A stretch of 64,000 nt of DNA from Macrostomum lignano (lineage: Eukaryota). Positions 26,901-38,800 of this stretch are shown here, one piece after another. Every line of letters starts with the position of its first letter. Position 1 is the stretch's first letter. The stretch covers positions 1-64,000 of the forward strand of contig NIVC01002610.1 in the NCBI GenBank assembly GCA_002269645.1, read 5' to 3'. The position numbers and the translations under genes are program-made. The notes under the pieces were generated by a model that made no database searches, was not told where the DNA came from, and saw only the letters and a program-made list of their open reading frames with translations.

Positions 26901-28071
26901 ATTGAAAACATTGCAAAATGTCCGGTATTATTCATTACATCTATTTCTCATGGACATTCTAAAATTACTGGAATTTGAGTCCTTGCAGTTTCAAAGAGCC
27001 AAGGGTACATTTATTGGCTTGCAAGAACGCCACACTAACCTTATCCATTCACTAGAAACCTTAAAAACGAACAATGGTCCTCGCATTGTGGACTTTTTGG
27101 CTTCCTGCAAGTGTCGTCGAGTTTTGGGAACTGCAGATGGATATCCGCAGCTGGAATACCATTCAGGATGTCACACAAGAGACCTATCTTATTCTAACTT
27201 TGCTTGTCCTTCCGGCCCTGGAAGCAGCGATCCAACAGAGAGGTTTGAGTTGAAGCAACCAGGTTCTGCTGCAGACAGATCTCTAAGAAATAGATTATTT
27301 GATGCTAGTGGACGTGGCAGTGTTGTTGACATGGGAGCTTATCCAGCACTGGATGAGATTCGCAGTCGAATCATTGATAGCATAATTGATCAGCTGCGTA
27401 ATTATTTTCCTGAGGATGACTACTCAATATTTAATGTGCTCAACCCAGTGTTATTGCCTAATGCTGAAACATTACATACTGTCTTTACATACAGTTCGAG
27501 AATCATACCTCTTGCTAGACGGTTTGGAATGGAAGATGACAGCTCTGAATCTGAAACAGAGGACCATCTTTCTGATTCAGACTCTAGAGATGCAGATGCT
27601 TCAGAACGCGCTACAGAAAGGACAATCTCTGGTCAGTTCGGTCTACTCCTAAAAAGTTTGATCACTTCGCATAGTGTTGACTTCTGTGCCTACAAAGGCA
27701 AAGGTCCGGTGAAATTTTGGAGTCACTTTCTAGAGACAAGAACTGTTGAATGGCTGCCCAGAATAAAGAATCTAATTATGGTTGTGTTAACTTTGCCAAT
27801 ATCATCAGCTGAGGCTAAAAGAGGGTTTTCTATCTATAAGCACATTGCCTATGACAGGAGAACACGCTTGGCACCAAAAACATTGGAGCATCTACTACGG
27901 ATTCGAATAAATGGGCCTCCGCTGATGAAATTTAAGCCGGATATTTATGTCAATGATTGGCTGAAAAAACACTGGCGTTCTGATGCTCCTGGAGGTCAAC
28001 GGCAAAAAGAATCCAACATAGACGAGGAAAATAAAGATTCTGATTCTGATTTGCTAAGTGGACTATTTTAA
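23965..28071 (+). pseudogene. Disrupted gene: signal peptide + lamin-tail-like domain + Zn finger + hAT transposase; exons 23965..25552 and 25684..28071
   Basis: hAT motifs IVLDTTSD, TTDGAS, HCAAHKLEL, RIRWVAS, LPISSAEAKRGFS..RTRL. Zn finger CRIC...H..N.LH. The GT-AG intron 25553-25683 joins ORF 24963 to ORF 25703 in frame. Lesions: frameshift near 24690, stop TAA 24879-81, extra T near 26070, and catalytic E replaced by K (AAA 27817-19). Confidence 0.8.
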
Positions 28072-28421
28072 AAGTTTTTTATCAGTTTTAATCTGCTACA
28101 ATTTTAATCAATTATTACAATGGTACATGCATAATCATTAAGACTACAGTTCTTCTAAGTTCATATATAAGACCGTTAGAATCTTGCAGTTTTAATTTGC
28201 TAATTAAATATTATTAAAAGTATGATTTGCAATTGTAATAGGGCTGAAAAATTACTGCTTATAAGTTATTCTATCCCTATTTCTATTCCTTAGCCATTTC
28301 TGGCTTCGTAATTCTTAATTTTTCAAATTGATGCGTTAATGCACACGTAGCCTACACCCTAGTAAGTGATACATTAAATTCATCCTAAACTAATCCTAAC
28401 CTAATAATCCTAAAGATGCTC

Positions 28422-28935
28422 TGCGACTTAACTCAGTCCTGCTGCGACTTACCTCGGCCCTGCTGCGACTTACTCGGTCCTGCTGCGACTTAGCTCGCCC
28501 TCGGTGCGACTTAGCTCTCGCTCGGTGCGACTTAGCTCGCCCTCGGTGCGACTTAGCTTGGTCCTGCTGCGACTTAGTGCGACTTAGCTCTCGCTCGGTG
28601 CGACTTAGTTCGCCCTCGGTGCGACTTAGCTCGGTCCTGCTGCGACTTAGCTCGCCCTCGGTGCGACTTAGCTCGGTCCTGCTGCGACTTAGCTCGCCCT
28701 CGGTGCGACTTAGCTCGGTCCTGCTGCGACTTAGTGCGACTTAGCTCTCGCTCGGTGCGACTTATTTTGCCCTCGGTGCGACTTAGCTCGCCCTTAGTGC
28801 GACTTAGCTCTCGCTCGGTGCGACTTAGTTCGCCCTCGATGCGACTTAGCTCGGTCCTGCTGCGACTTAGCTTGCCCTCGGTGCGACTTAGCTCGCCCTC
28901 GGTGCGACTTACCTTGTCTTCAGTGCTGCAACTTA
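28422..28935. repeat. Subterminal ~21-bp tandem array of the hAT right end
   Basis: More than 20 copies of TGCGACTTAGCTCG(CCCTCGG/GTCCTGC). The same TGCGACTTA core occurs about 3 times in the left end (23259-23325). Confidence 0.9.
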
Positions 28936-29855
28936 CAGCACTTACAACTCTTTTTGTGTTTTTCTCTTTCTCTTTGCTCCCTTTTTCTCGTTTTTTCCTT
29001 TTCCTTTCCCCTTTTTCGTCTTTTGTTTTTTCGTTTTTTTTGGCGGTTAATCAATTTTGCGACTTACTTGGTTGGCCGCCAAATCGGTCGGCCGGATCGG
29101 CCGACTCGGCCGACTGTTGCGCATGTATGCTTGGGTTCAAGTACTATAATTAGCTCAGCTTGCATAATTTAAGGCTCCAACATATTAATAAAATTAAAGC
29201 GAAATAGTTGTGAAAAACAAGCAAGTTTGAAGGCTCGTTCAACACCGCCATCAAATAGTAAGCCATTAAACCGACGCAAAAAATAGAAACCCAATGAAAA
29301 GTGAGGTGCAAGTTGTGTAATCACTAAAAGGGGTGCAATTCATACCTCTGAAAATGTCGACAGCACCTCTCATAGTTCCGACAATTTCTTAACCCTACCC
29401 TAACTCTAACCGTTGATGGAGATACAGAGTTGTGAGAGAAGCTGCATGATGGATGGTTTTCGGAGATGTGAAACCCCCTCACTAAAATTGGCTGAATCTG
29501 ATGGTGGTTTGAATGGGTCGTTTAAGCGAATAAAGTTTTGCGTAAATGTTTAATTCAGGCAAGCAATTGAGTTTAATAAATGAGATACTTAAAAAATCTA
29601 CTCCTAACAAGCCTACATATAAAATTAGGGGAAATCATTAAAAAAAATTTTGCTATCGCATTTGAATTTTCAATTACGTGTATGCTTTTCGTGTACAGGG
29701 ATTGAAATCATATAACAACGGTTAGGGAAAACATTATTGAAAACGATCGGGCTTCATTGATAAGTTACAAGCTACACTGTAGCTAATTCTCAGTGGCAGA
29801 ATTACGGTGGTTTTCAGCCATGGCTATATGTATCATTGAATTAAGATCAATTAAG

Positions 29856-32800
29856 CTACTTGAGATCCCAATAGTGGTGGCTGTAGTAGTCGGGCACTCT
29901 GATGTTGAACTCCTTCGCCTTATATTCCGACTGCCGGTCCACAGGCCGAAGAAAGGCGGGTCGCGGTGTCGCACCGGCGCTGCAGAAATTGGCCAGCTCG
30001 ATTTTACCGTCGATTTCGGTCACACGGGAGGGCCCGATAGTCACCCGAAACTGGGAGACGCAAATCAGAGGCTGGACGCGGTTGATGTAGCTCTCCGGCT
30101 CTTGAGGCAGTTGGTCCGGCAATTTCTCGCGAATGCTCACTGGTAGAATGTCTCTACAATCAGTGATGCAGGACTGCATAGCTTTTCTGGCTTCATGGAA
30201 GTCTTCTGGATCTTCTGGATCACTCCGAGTGCACACTGAGCAGGAATTATCGAAGTCTCGCCAGCTCTGGTGTCCATCCAAAGTTCTTTGAGGTGCCTCG
30301 AACTCTCTATTGAAATCCGTCGTGGCCTTATCCACCAGCAGTTTTAGCTGTTGTTCGGTATTTTTATAGTCTGGAACTTCAAAGTCGCAGTTGATCTGGC
30401 TTGCCACTGCTTCCAGTTTGGCCTGAATTTCCGCTTTGATTGAGCGACACTCGGAATCGAATTGCCACCATTCTTGATCTGATTCTTTTGCGCTAAACTT
30501 ACAGGCAGTGGCTGCGTCTGAGCTGAAGTCGATTGAACTTGAAGGCTCCGGTGCCTCAGTGGGGCTTTTTGCTGCTTCTGTCAGTGAACTGAACGGCTCC
30601 GGTGCCTCAGTGGGGCTTTTGGCTGCCTCTGTCAGTGAACTGAACGGCTGTTCGACAGCTGTTTCTGAGAATCTAGGATCATTGCTGATTCTCTCCTCAA
30701 CATTAGTCAATACGTTCATCTCCCAAGGAGTGAGGAAGCGCTGTTCAAGTTCTTTAGCTAGTGAAGCTTGAGTAGTCTTAGGATTCATTTGAGTCGGAGA
30801 AGACAAACTGAAAGCTTCGTTGTGACGTGTGTAAGCACTGGAAATGCTTGCAAACGGAGATGTAGCCTTTGTTGTGATGGAACCTTCGAAGCCAAGGTGC
30901 TCAGTATATCTGCCATTGTTTCGCATCCCCTGTGTTTTCTCATCCAGTGTGATCTGCTCAGCTTGTATTGTATATTCCTGCAGATCGATTCCACCTGACT
31001 CGGCTATGAGGCAGATCTGCTTCCAGGACACAACGCAAATATTTCTGAAGCTGATGGACGGAGCGGCAAGTGTTATGTCGAATTTCAAAGCAAGTTCCCT
31101 TTCTCGGAACTCATTACCAGAAAGTTTGATTGGCTTTCTAGTTTTTATTTTCAATACATTCCTGACACACTCGAAAGTTTTTGCATTGATGAATCGGACC
31201 AAATTCTCCTTGTCAAAACTTGGGCAGTCAATTTGAAGTTCGTCAAACTGGCAGTCTTTTGCGGCCCCAAAATCTGGCAGTTCTGATTCTGAGCGAATAA
31301 GAAAAGAAGCTGCGGTGATTCCACTGTTCACCCGAATTCTGCCCGACGAAGTGACCTGCAGGCTGGAATCCACTTTTAGGCTCCCGATGTGCAGCTCGCT
31401 AGCGCAGTCAATACGAAGTGACTTAATAAATGAGATCTCTCCATCAATCCTGATAACTCTGGCTGATACTGCCACTTCATCGCTAATCAGGCACTTGCGA
31501 ATATTCACTTTGCTGGCAGCACTGATCCAAGATCTTTCACTCGTGTCTGCGCCAATTATTTCCACATCGCTGCCCTCTAGGTGGAAGCTTCTGCATTTGG
31601 AATTCTCTAATTTGAGCAACCCCTGCTTGCCAAATGACTTCACTGCACCGTTAAGTTGGCAGTCCAATAGACTCAGTGATTTGGACACAAACAGACTGCA
31701 CCTGTTGCTCACTCTGGCCCCGTGGATAAAACCATCACGACTGCGCAGTGTTAGGCATGCAGAGAACTCCGGGTTTTCCATTTCACAGCGCTCACAATCG
31801 ATGCTCACATTTTGATCGAACCTGCAAAGCTTCATTGCGTCAAATGTGTGACATTTCAACGTCACTTCTCCTTTGAATCCACAGCACTCGTTAATTGAAA
31901 TTTTGTTGAATTCATCGATTTTAAAAGTCGACTCTGTTGAAAATCCTTCAATCGTTGCAGTGGCCGAAGCTTTGGATCCTTTGGGGCAAATCCAGGCTGA
32001 TCCAACTTTGGCAGTTTTAATTTCCAGCATGTTCACTTTCAATACAAGCTCTTGCTGAATGTCTGTTTCACCAGCTAAGACAAAAGAGTCGCATGACAGT
32101 TCCGTGTGCTTTAGTGATGAAGTCAAAATTGACATATTTTGCACTGATCCCTTTAGCGAATCAATAAATCCTGAGCTTATCTTACATTGTGTCGGCTCAG
32201 CGCTCAAAATCAGCATCGAAGTCTCAACATTTTCTAGTTTTATATCATTACCGGTCAAAAGAGCTGTATTCTCAATCGTCACGTGACTCAACACTACCGT
32301 ATTGGGTCTCTGATTCACTTGAAGCTGCATTGTCCTGATGTTTTTCATGTTCACAGCTGTTCCTTTTGTAGATGTTTCAGGACCAGACATCACGAGCAAT
32401 TCTTTTGTGAATCCTTCGCTTTCTTGTTTGGAATTTCTACCGTCTAGATCAAGCACCCTTGTCTGTACCTGCATTCGATCCTGCACCAAAACACCACAAA
32501 TCATTGTAACATCTGCTTTTAGTAGAAGGCTTTCAATGAATTCACACGCGGTCACCTGCGCAGTAGTTTCAACTTTCGCTTCAACCTTTTGAACACAACA
32601 GCCTTGAAGTTCGAGTTTCTTTGTCTTGATTTGGACCTCTGCATATCGCAAACTTTTGATCTCGCAAATGTTTGAGGCGCTGACTTGAATTCTGGTAGCA
32701 TCAGTGTCTGCCACGCGGACTTCGGCGCTCTGGATGCAGGCTGTATCCCGAATGTTGCAGCCAGTCATTGTGAACTGAGCATCCGCTTGAATGGTACCGT

Positions 32801-35800
32801 TTTTGAAGACGCATTCCGTCAAGGCGATGTTCTTGCCAGCGAGTTCGACAGAGTCGATTCTCGATACGAGATTCAACAGCACTGCTGGTGCGGCCATGGT
32901 TTCTTTGGCGTGAATGAAGAGACTTGTCTGCAGTCCAAAAGTGCTTGTAATGCAGCAACGCCTGCACACGGCTGTTACCTGACCAATTTCTGAGTCACTG
33001 ATTGCCAGAATGCCGTTACTTTGTACTGTCAGATTGTGCAGACTGCAGTTTGACTTGATTCGTACATCACCCGAAATTCTTTTGAAGACGACACTGTTAA
33101 CGATTTCTGTTGTCGATACTGAGGCGAAAAGTGCATCAGTAATGTTTATCTCTTCCGATTTTACTGCGAGCAGCCGGACTCCCACGATTCCATTTGTCGT
33201 ACCCGTGACTTCTAGAGTGCGTGAAAAACATTGCGCAACTCGAGCTGCTATCGAGACAGTCAGTTTCAGATCCGACTGAGATTGACAGTCGGAAATGCAC
33301 AGTCTACCCGAGTTCAGCCAACTCAGACCTACCGAGTTGAGATCATGAATGTTGAGATAAGAATTTCCTATATCCACATGGAGACTTCCGACTAGGAGTT
33401 GTTTCAGTGTTGTATGACCCTTGGCGATGACGACTGTGCTCTTATTTGTAATGAGCCTTTCGACATTCACAGACGAATCAGCCAGTAGTTTGAAATGGTC
33501 CAGCTGACAATCGCTCACAGTAACATGACCCAAACTGGCAACATCACAGCCTTCATCAATCATCAGCCTCTCTAAGATTGTGTTTCCTCTTGACAAGATC
33601 TTCAGGGACTTGCCGCTTGAGTCGGACATTCTCAGCATTCGGCAGGAGATTTCAATGTCCGTCTGGACTTCACACATTCTTACTGTAGCTCCCACTGAAC
33701 AGCCACGAAGTTTCATCGAGCCCAGTAAGCTGGCAAACGCGTGCGCAGTTTCTGACCAGGCTACGAGGTCGCCAAAGACGCTAGATTTGGACAGAAGAAA
33801 ACCACTGTAAGCATCTACATGCATTTTCTCTGTCTCTGTCTCGAAAAGTTTTAACTGCTTTCCCTGGAATGCCAGTCGAGTAAATTTGTTTTGTTTTGAC
33901 GTCAAATCGGAGCAGAAAGCGACAAATTCGTCACTCATTGATTGCTGAATGGATAATTCTCCTTCTTTAGGGCATATGAACCAAAGTTTGGAGAGCATAG
34001 TTTCACTTACTTTTGCTTTGAAGCTGCATAACACCAAAGTTTCAGTGACATAAACATTTGCAATTTCGAAGTTATTACTCGTGCAGGTTGCTGTTCCTAG
34101 ACAGGTCTTTGTTGAGCTACCTGCAATCTTCGTCATGTTACTAGAGCGAACTTCTAAATCGGTGACGCTCGAGTCAGTTATTGTAATATTTTCAGCTTTG
34201 ACAATTTTAAGTGCAGCAGCTAATAAGTCGTCAATTTGAAGGTCGGAGCACGAAACAGTCAGGTGCTGTGCTTCTACCTGCTGAATGCTGATTTTCTCTT
34301 CTACGGTACAGTGCAAGGCGCTAAGGAAACAAAAGTCACTAATGCTTAAGTGTCGCTTAGTTTTTGCCAAGAACTTTTCAAACACGTGCGATGTTCTTAC
34401 CAGCAACTCATCAGTGACGTTGCAATTTAGGTTAGTAAACGAGCACTTTAGAATCTGGCAAAAGTCGCTCAAGATTGTGCAGTTTTCTAACTTCGATGAC
34501 TCTAGATTAATGCTGACAGAGCTATCAGATGCTATTAGAAAGGTTTTAGACGCAAATACAAGCTTTGCATCGAGTTCATTGGAAATAATTGCCTCCAAAA
34601 TCTCTGTGCTTGTACTATTCACGATACTCGCTGATTCAGACAGTAAACAAAGTCTCTCAGATGCCAAATTGCCCACTCGAGCATTCTTAGCGGTGATCCA
34701 AACCTCCGTCTCACCAAGGATCTCGTCAATGCCGAGGCTTTCCTCCGCGGCCATCAGCAAATTCCGTGCTGACCAGATTCCGTACGCTTCAATTTGAGCA
34801 CTTCTTAGAGTTACAGAGGCTTCTTCAGATGTCAAGCTTCGAGTCTTCAAGAGTTTCTCCGCAAAAATGTGCACATCCCCAGTGCACACAAGCCATGTTG
34901 TTGGCTGATCGGACCAAAGCTGGGCCCAGACGGATTTGATGAGGGCTCCATCCTTCACCGCCATGGAGCCATCAGACCGCCAGCTTTCACAATCATACAT
35001 GACTTTCTGGGCCTCAATTCGAGTAGGTCCGATCAGGCACAACCACCGACTTCGTTCGAACAGTCCATTTGATTTCAGCGGCGTCCAATCGCACTTGTAA
35101 AGCTTCTTCCAGTAATCCGATAAGTCTTCTTCTGTTTCAGAAAACCCTTCCTTGATGGAAGCAGTAAAGCCTGCAAGCAGACTAGCAACTGAGGAATTTC
35201 TCTGCAGACCAGAAGTCTCTGTCACCGTCTGAAGTACCATTTTAGTCGCAGCCGAAACAACCTGGGCACACCGATTATGATTTTCTCTGAAAGCCATTGC
35301 AGCGTCTAGCACCATGATTTTCAGTGCATCACACATCTGATTGCTTGATTCTGGCTGCAGTACCTTTTCTAAATCTTTGATTGAAGCCTTCAGCTCGTCA
35401 GACCCCGATTCGATATCTGTGCAAATTTGTTCGGCAAAGCCAAAGTGCAAAATGCTTCTGGTGGATATCGTTGGGCTACACAGCTTTGAAAATATTGTGA
35501 TGAGGGCACAGCTATTAATTTTAAGCGAATTTTTGGCCTGAACTATTGCTGGTGTGAATTTGCTTGCATCATCGCCATCATCGCTTTTACACAAGTGCAT
35601 TAGCACTTTTCCGTTAAGTATGACATCTTCTGCACTCAGCTGACCTTGGTTGTAAATAAGCTTTGATGCTGAGATGGAGAGCTTCGAACGACATTTTAGG
35701 CTTCCAACGACAAGAGCATTTTCCGCTTCGCAAGCAATGGATCCCGTGTCTTGTATAGAAGCCAGATTATCCATAAATTTACTTATCAGGCGTAAATTCT

Positions 35801-38800
35801 TACAGAATGTGATTTTGCTTCCAGGTCCAAGTGAAGCGGATTTATCTGCATGAATCTCTACAGCATTGATGTTTCGCATTTCGAAGGCTGATTTTGCTAT
35901 GAGTTCCTGAGCACAGATTCTCACTTCAGCAGTGCTTACTTCATCGTAGCTGCCCACTAAGGAATCCTCAAGCACAACGCCATACGGACATTCTACAGTC
36001 GTGTCTTCAAAAATCAACCTATCAACTTTTCTTACTAGCAGTCGCGCTTGATTCAGCTCGAGTTTGCTGGACTCCCAGATGAATTTCTTGACAGACTGGA
36101 CCACCATCAGCTCTGATACAAAAGTTTTCGCTGAGTTAATTGCTAGCAGCTCACCGTTATCAGCATTCACTAGAAGCGTTCCAACTTTAATCTCACAATT
36201 TGGGCGCATTTGCATCTTATTTTCAAATTGAACCAGCAGCAGGGGTGGCTTTTGTTTTTCGAACTGAGTGATTTCACCACTTATTTCAACAGTTTTTGCG
36301 TTCAATATTAGTTTGCCAGAGTTAAGTGAAGTGTAGCTCCCAAATCGAATGCTGCCGCAGCAGTTTAAAGTTTCTGTTTCAATCACCATTGCTGGATTTT
36401 CTCCAGCCATGCATGAAGTAACACTGCCGCGAATCAGAACGCTGTCTGCCTGAATGGTTGCTTTTTCAACACTTTGGAACTCAATGATAGCCTCTTCAGA
36501 CTGTATGAACTCCTGGGCTGTAACAAGGCAATTCTTCAGCCCCACTAATTCGACAAGCCCGCTAAGGCTAAGGTCCTTGTTGCAAGTCAGAAGAAAGTCA
36601 TCACAAAAACTTTGGTGGCTTGTAACAGACAGTGTATCTGCCACTGACAGTCGATGAGCTATCAGTTGGCTGGGCAAGTCCATCTCGACTCGAATTTCGA
36701 GCTGAAGACTGATCTCCGATCCAAGAAAAGTCTGACATTTTAACCTCGCATCTCGTTGGCCTTTTATTGTGAGCTGGTAGTCATTGTGGTACAGCTCATC
36801 GTTTAAGTGGCTCACAAGAAGACTGCTTACTTGCACCTGTTGCGATTTGGCCACAGTAAGATTCAAATCCATTCTAAAATCTTTGTGTGGCTGAATTATC
36901 ATTGTTTGACACTCAACATTTCGACGTAGTTCAATCATCTCGGCAACTCGCAGGTGAAGATAACTCTGATCGGGTGCGCTAACTTCACTGTGCATTATCA
37001 CGGAGCCCGACAAGCACTGAAAGCTTGCGCCACTTGGTGGAAGCTTTACTTGGAGAAGCTGGTCATGAGAATTGGCTTGGACATGGAGACTCTTAGAGTT
37101 TGTCGCTACGCACACAAGTTGGGCTGCAGCGTTTACATGTCCCTCGAGGTAGCAGTTTTCATGAGAGCCCAGCCAAAAGATGAACACAGTTCCATGAGTC
37201 GATACAATGCTTCCTGCAGAATTATCAATGTCAGTGGCAACAATCAGCGTATCCTTGTAGCACACCACGGAGCCAAAGTTAGCAAATTCATTGGCTCTGA
37301 TCTGCAAATTGCCTCTTATGCACTGAAGCTTGATTTGGGGCAAAATATGAAGCCATTGGTTTGTCACTATGACAACCGAATCCAGCGCTTGAAAATCATT
37401 TGCCAGTGTACAGTCATCTTCCAAATCAATGGACAGGTGCTTTGTTCCAATTACGCTTCCCTTGTCTGTAAAGCGTCGTCCTTTGATATGAAGCGTAGTT
37501 CTACACTCTTCCTTTGTCCTAGAGAGGGTCAGTCTTCCGTGATGAGTAAACTGATCTGCGATAAAAATGGTAACTTCATCAGCTGCAAAGTCCCACTCAG
37601 ATCCATTGTGCGTATTTGCTTTGTGTAGCACGATTTCAATGCTTTTAGGATTTGGTGCTTCGTAGTTTGACTCTGGCGGGCACACCAGTCTGCTGCTCGA
37701 ACTGAATTCGGCCGTTGCTGCTGGAATGACTACTCCCATGCACTGGATGCAGCTATCCACTTCTACATCAACCCCGGTTCGGTTGAAGGAAGAGTGCACA
37801 ATGAAGGGCCCTTTTGTTATCAGCACGTTTTCTCGAAATGAGATGTGACCACCTGGACCACAAATTACACTAAGCACGGATTCTTCCGCTTTAACATTAG
37901 CCTGGATGGTGAGTTTATCGAAGGCTTTGACTGTAACTCTGTAGCCGCTGATGCTGCCGCAAACTTGATCGCTTGCTCTCCTAGTCGTTATTTGAACTTC
38001 CGCTTCACTTTCCACGGCTGAACAAAGCGCTGCCATTTTATCTTGAATAAAATTTCCGACATCGAGGCTGAGAATTTGGAAAGTGTTGTGTATGCGTTGA
38101 TAGTTTTCCAAAGTGTTTGCCACCGACAAAGTGCCACCGTTCACCAGCCAAAGGTCTGCTTTCTTGTGAACTTTGCAGTTTCCAACTTCCAAAGCAAAAA
38201 AGTCTTCGACAATGACTCTTCCAAATACTTCAAAATTTTCACGGCAGTATCCGCTTATGGACCCGCTTTTCCACACTGACAGCCGCTCGACATAAGCATC
38301 TCCTTTGATCTTGAGGTGAACTTTGGCCCCTATGAGCTGACCTAGATTGTCAAAATTCTGCTTGACAACGCAGAAAATAGATTCTGACTTGAAAATTCCC
38401 TTACTGTTTTCTGCCCATTCCAGACGCGCTCGATTGGCATCCAGTCTGGCTCGTTCTTGTTTGACCCGATTCGCATCGCTGCTCAGATCATTCACAGACT
38501 GCCGCAGCGTTGCGCTCGACCTTCGACCCCGGTTATTTCTATAGCTGGGATCGGCTCCTGAGCAAAGTAGCTGGTTCAGTTCTCGGGAATGACTGGTACA
38601 TCTTATGAGTAGTTGTTCATCCAGTCTTCTACCTTCTCCATCCAATGTTAATTCAAGCTCTTGGTTTGTCATGCTTTCCCGATGGTACTTTGCCACGCGA
38701 GCTGCTGCCTCTTGTACAGACTCTGGAGATCGTACATTTTGAGCGAAAACTTTTAGCTTGGTCTTGGCGAAGACAAGCCCAACATTTGTTATGCTACCAG

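Larger units (their letters stand above)
23235..29129. mobile_element. Full-length hAT DNA transposon, about 5.9 kb
   Basis: Perfect 14-bp TIRs CATACATGCGCAAC / GTTGCGCATGTATG and an 8-bp TSD CTTGGGTT (23227-23234 and 29130-29137). Encodes a hAT transposase. Confidence 0.93.

Noticed and set aside
28734-29153. 139-aa ORF with RLSS repeats and a Phe-rich tail
   Set aside because: It is a translation of the 21-bp subterminal array and a T-rich tract of the transposon end.
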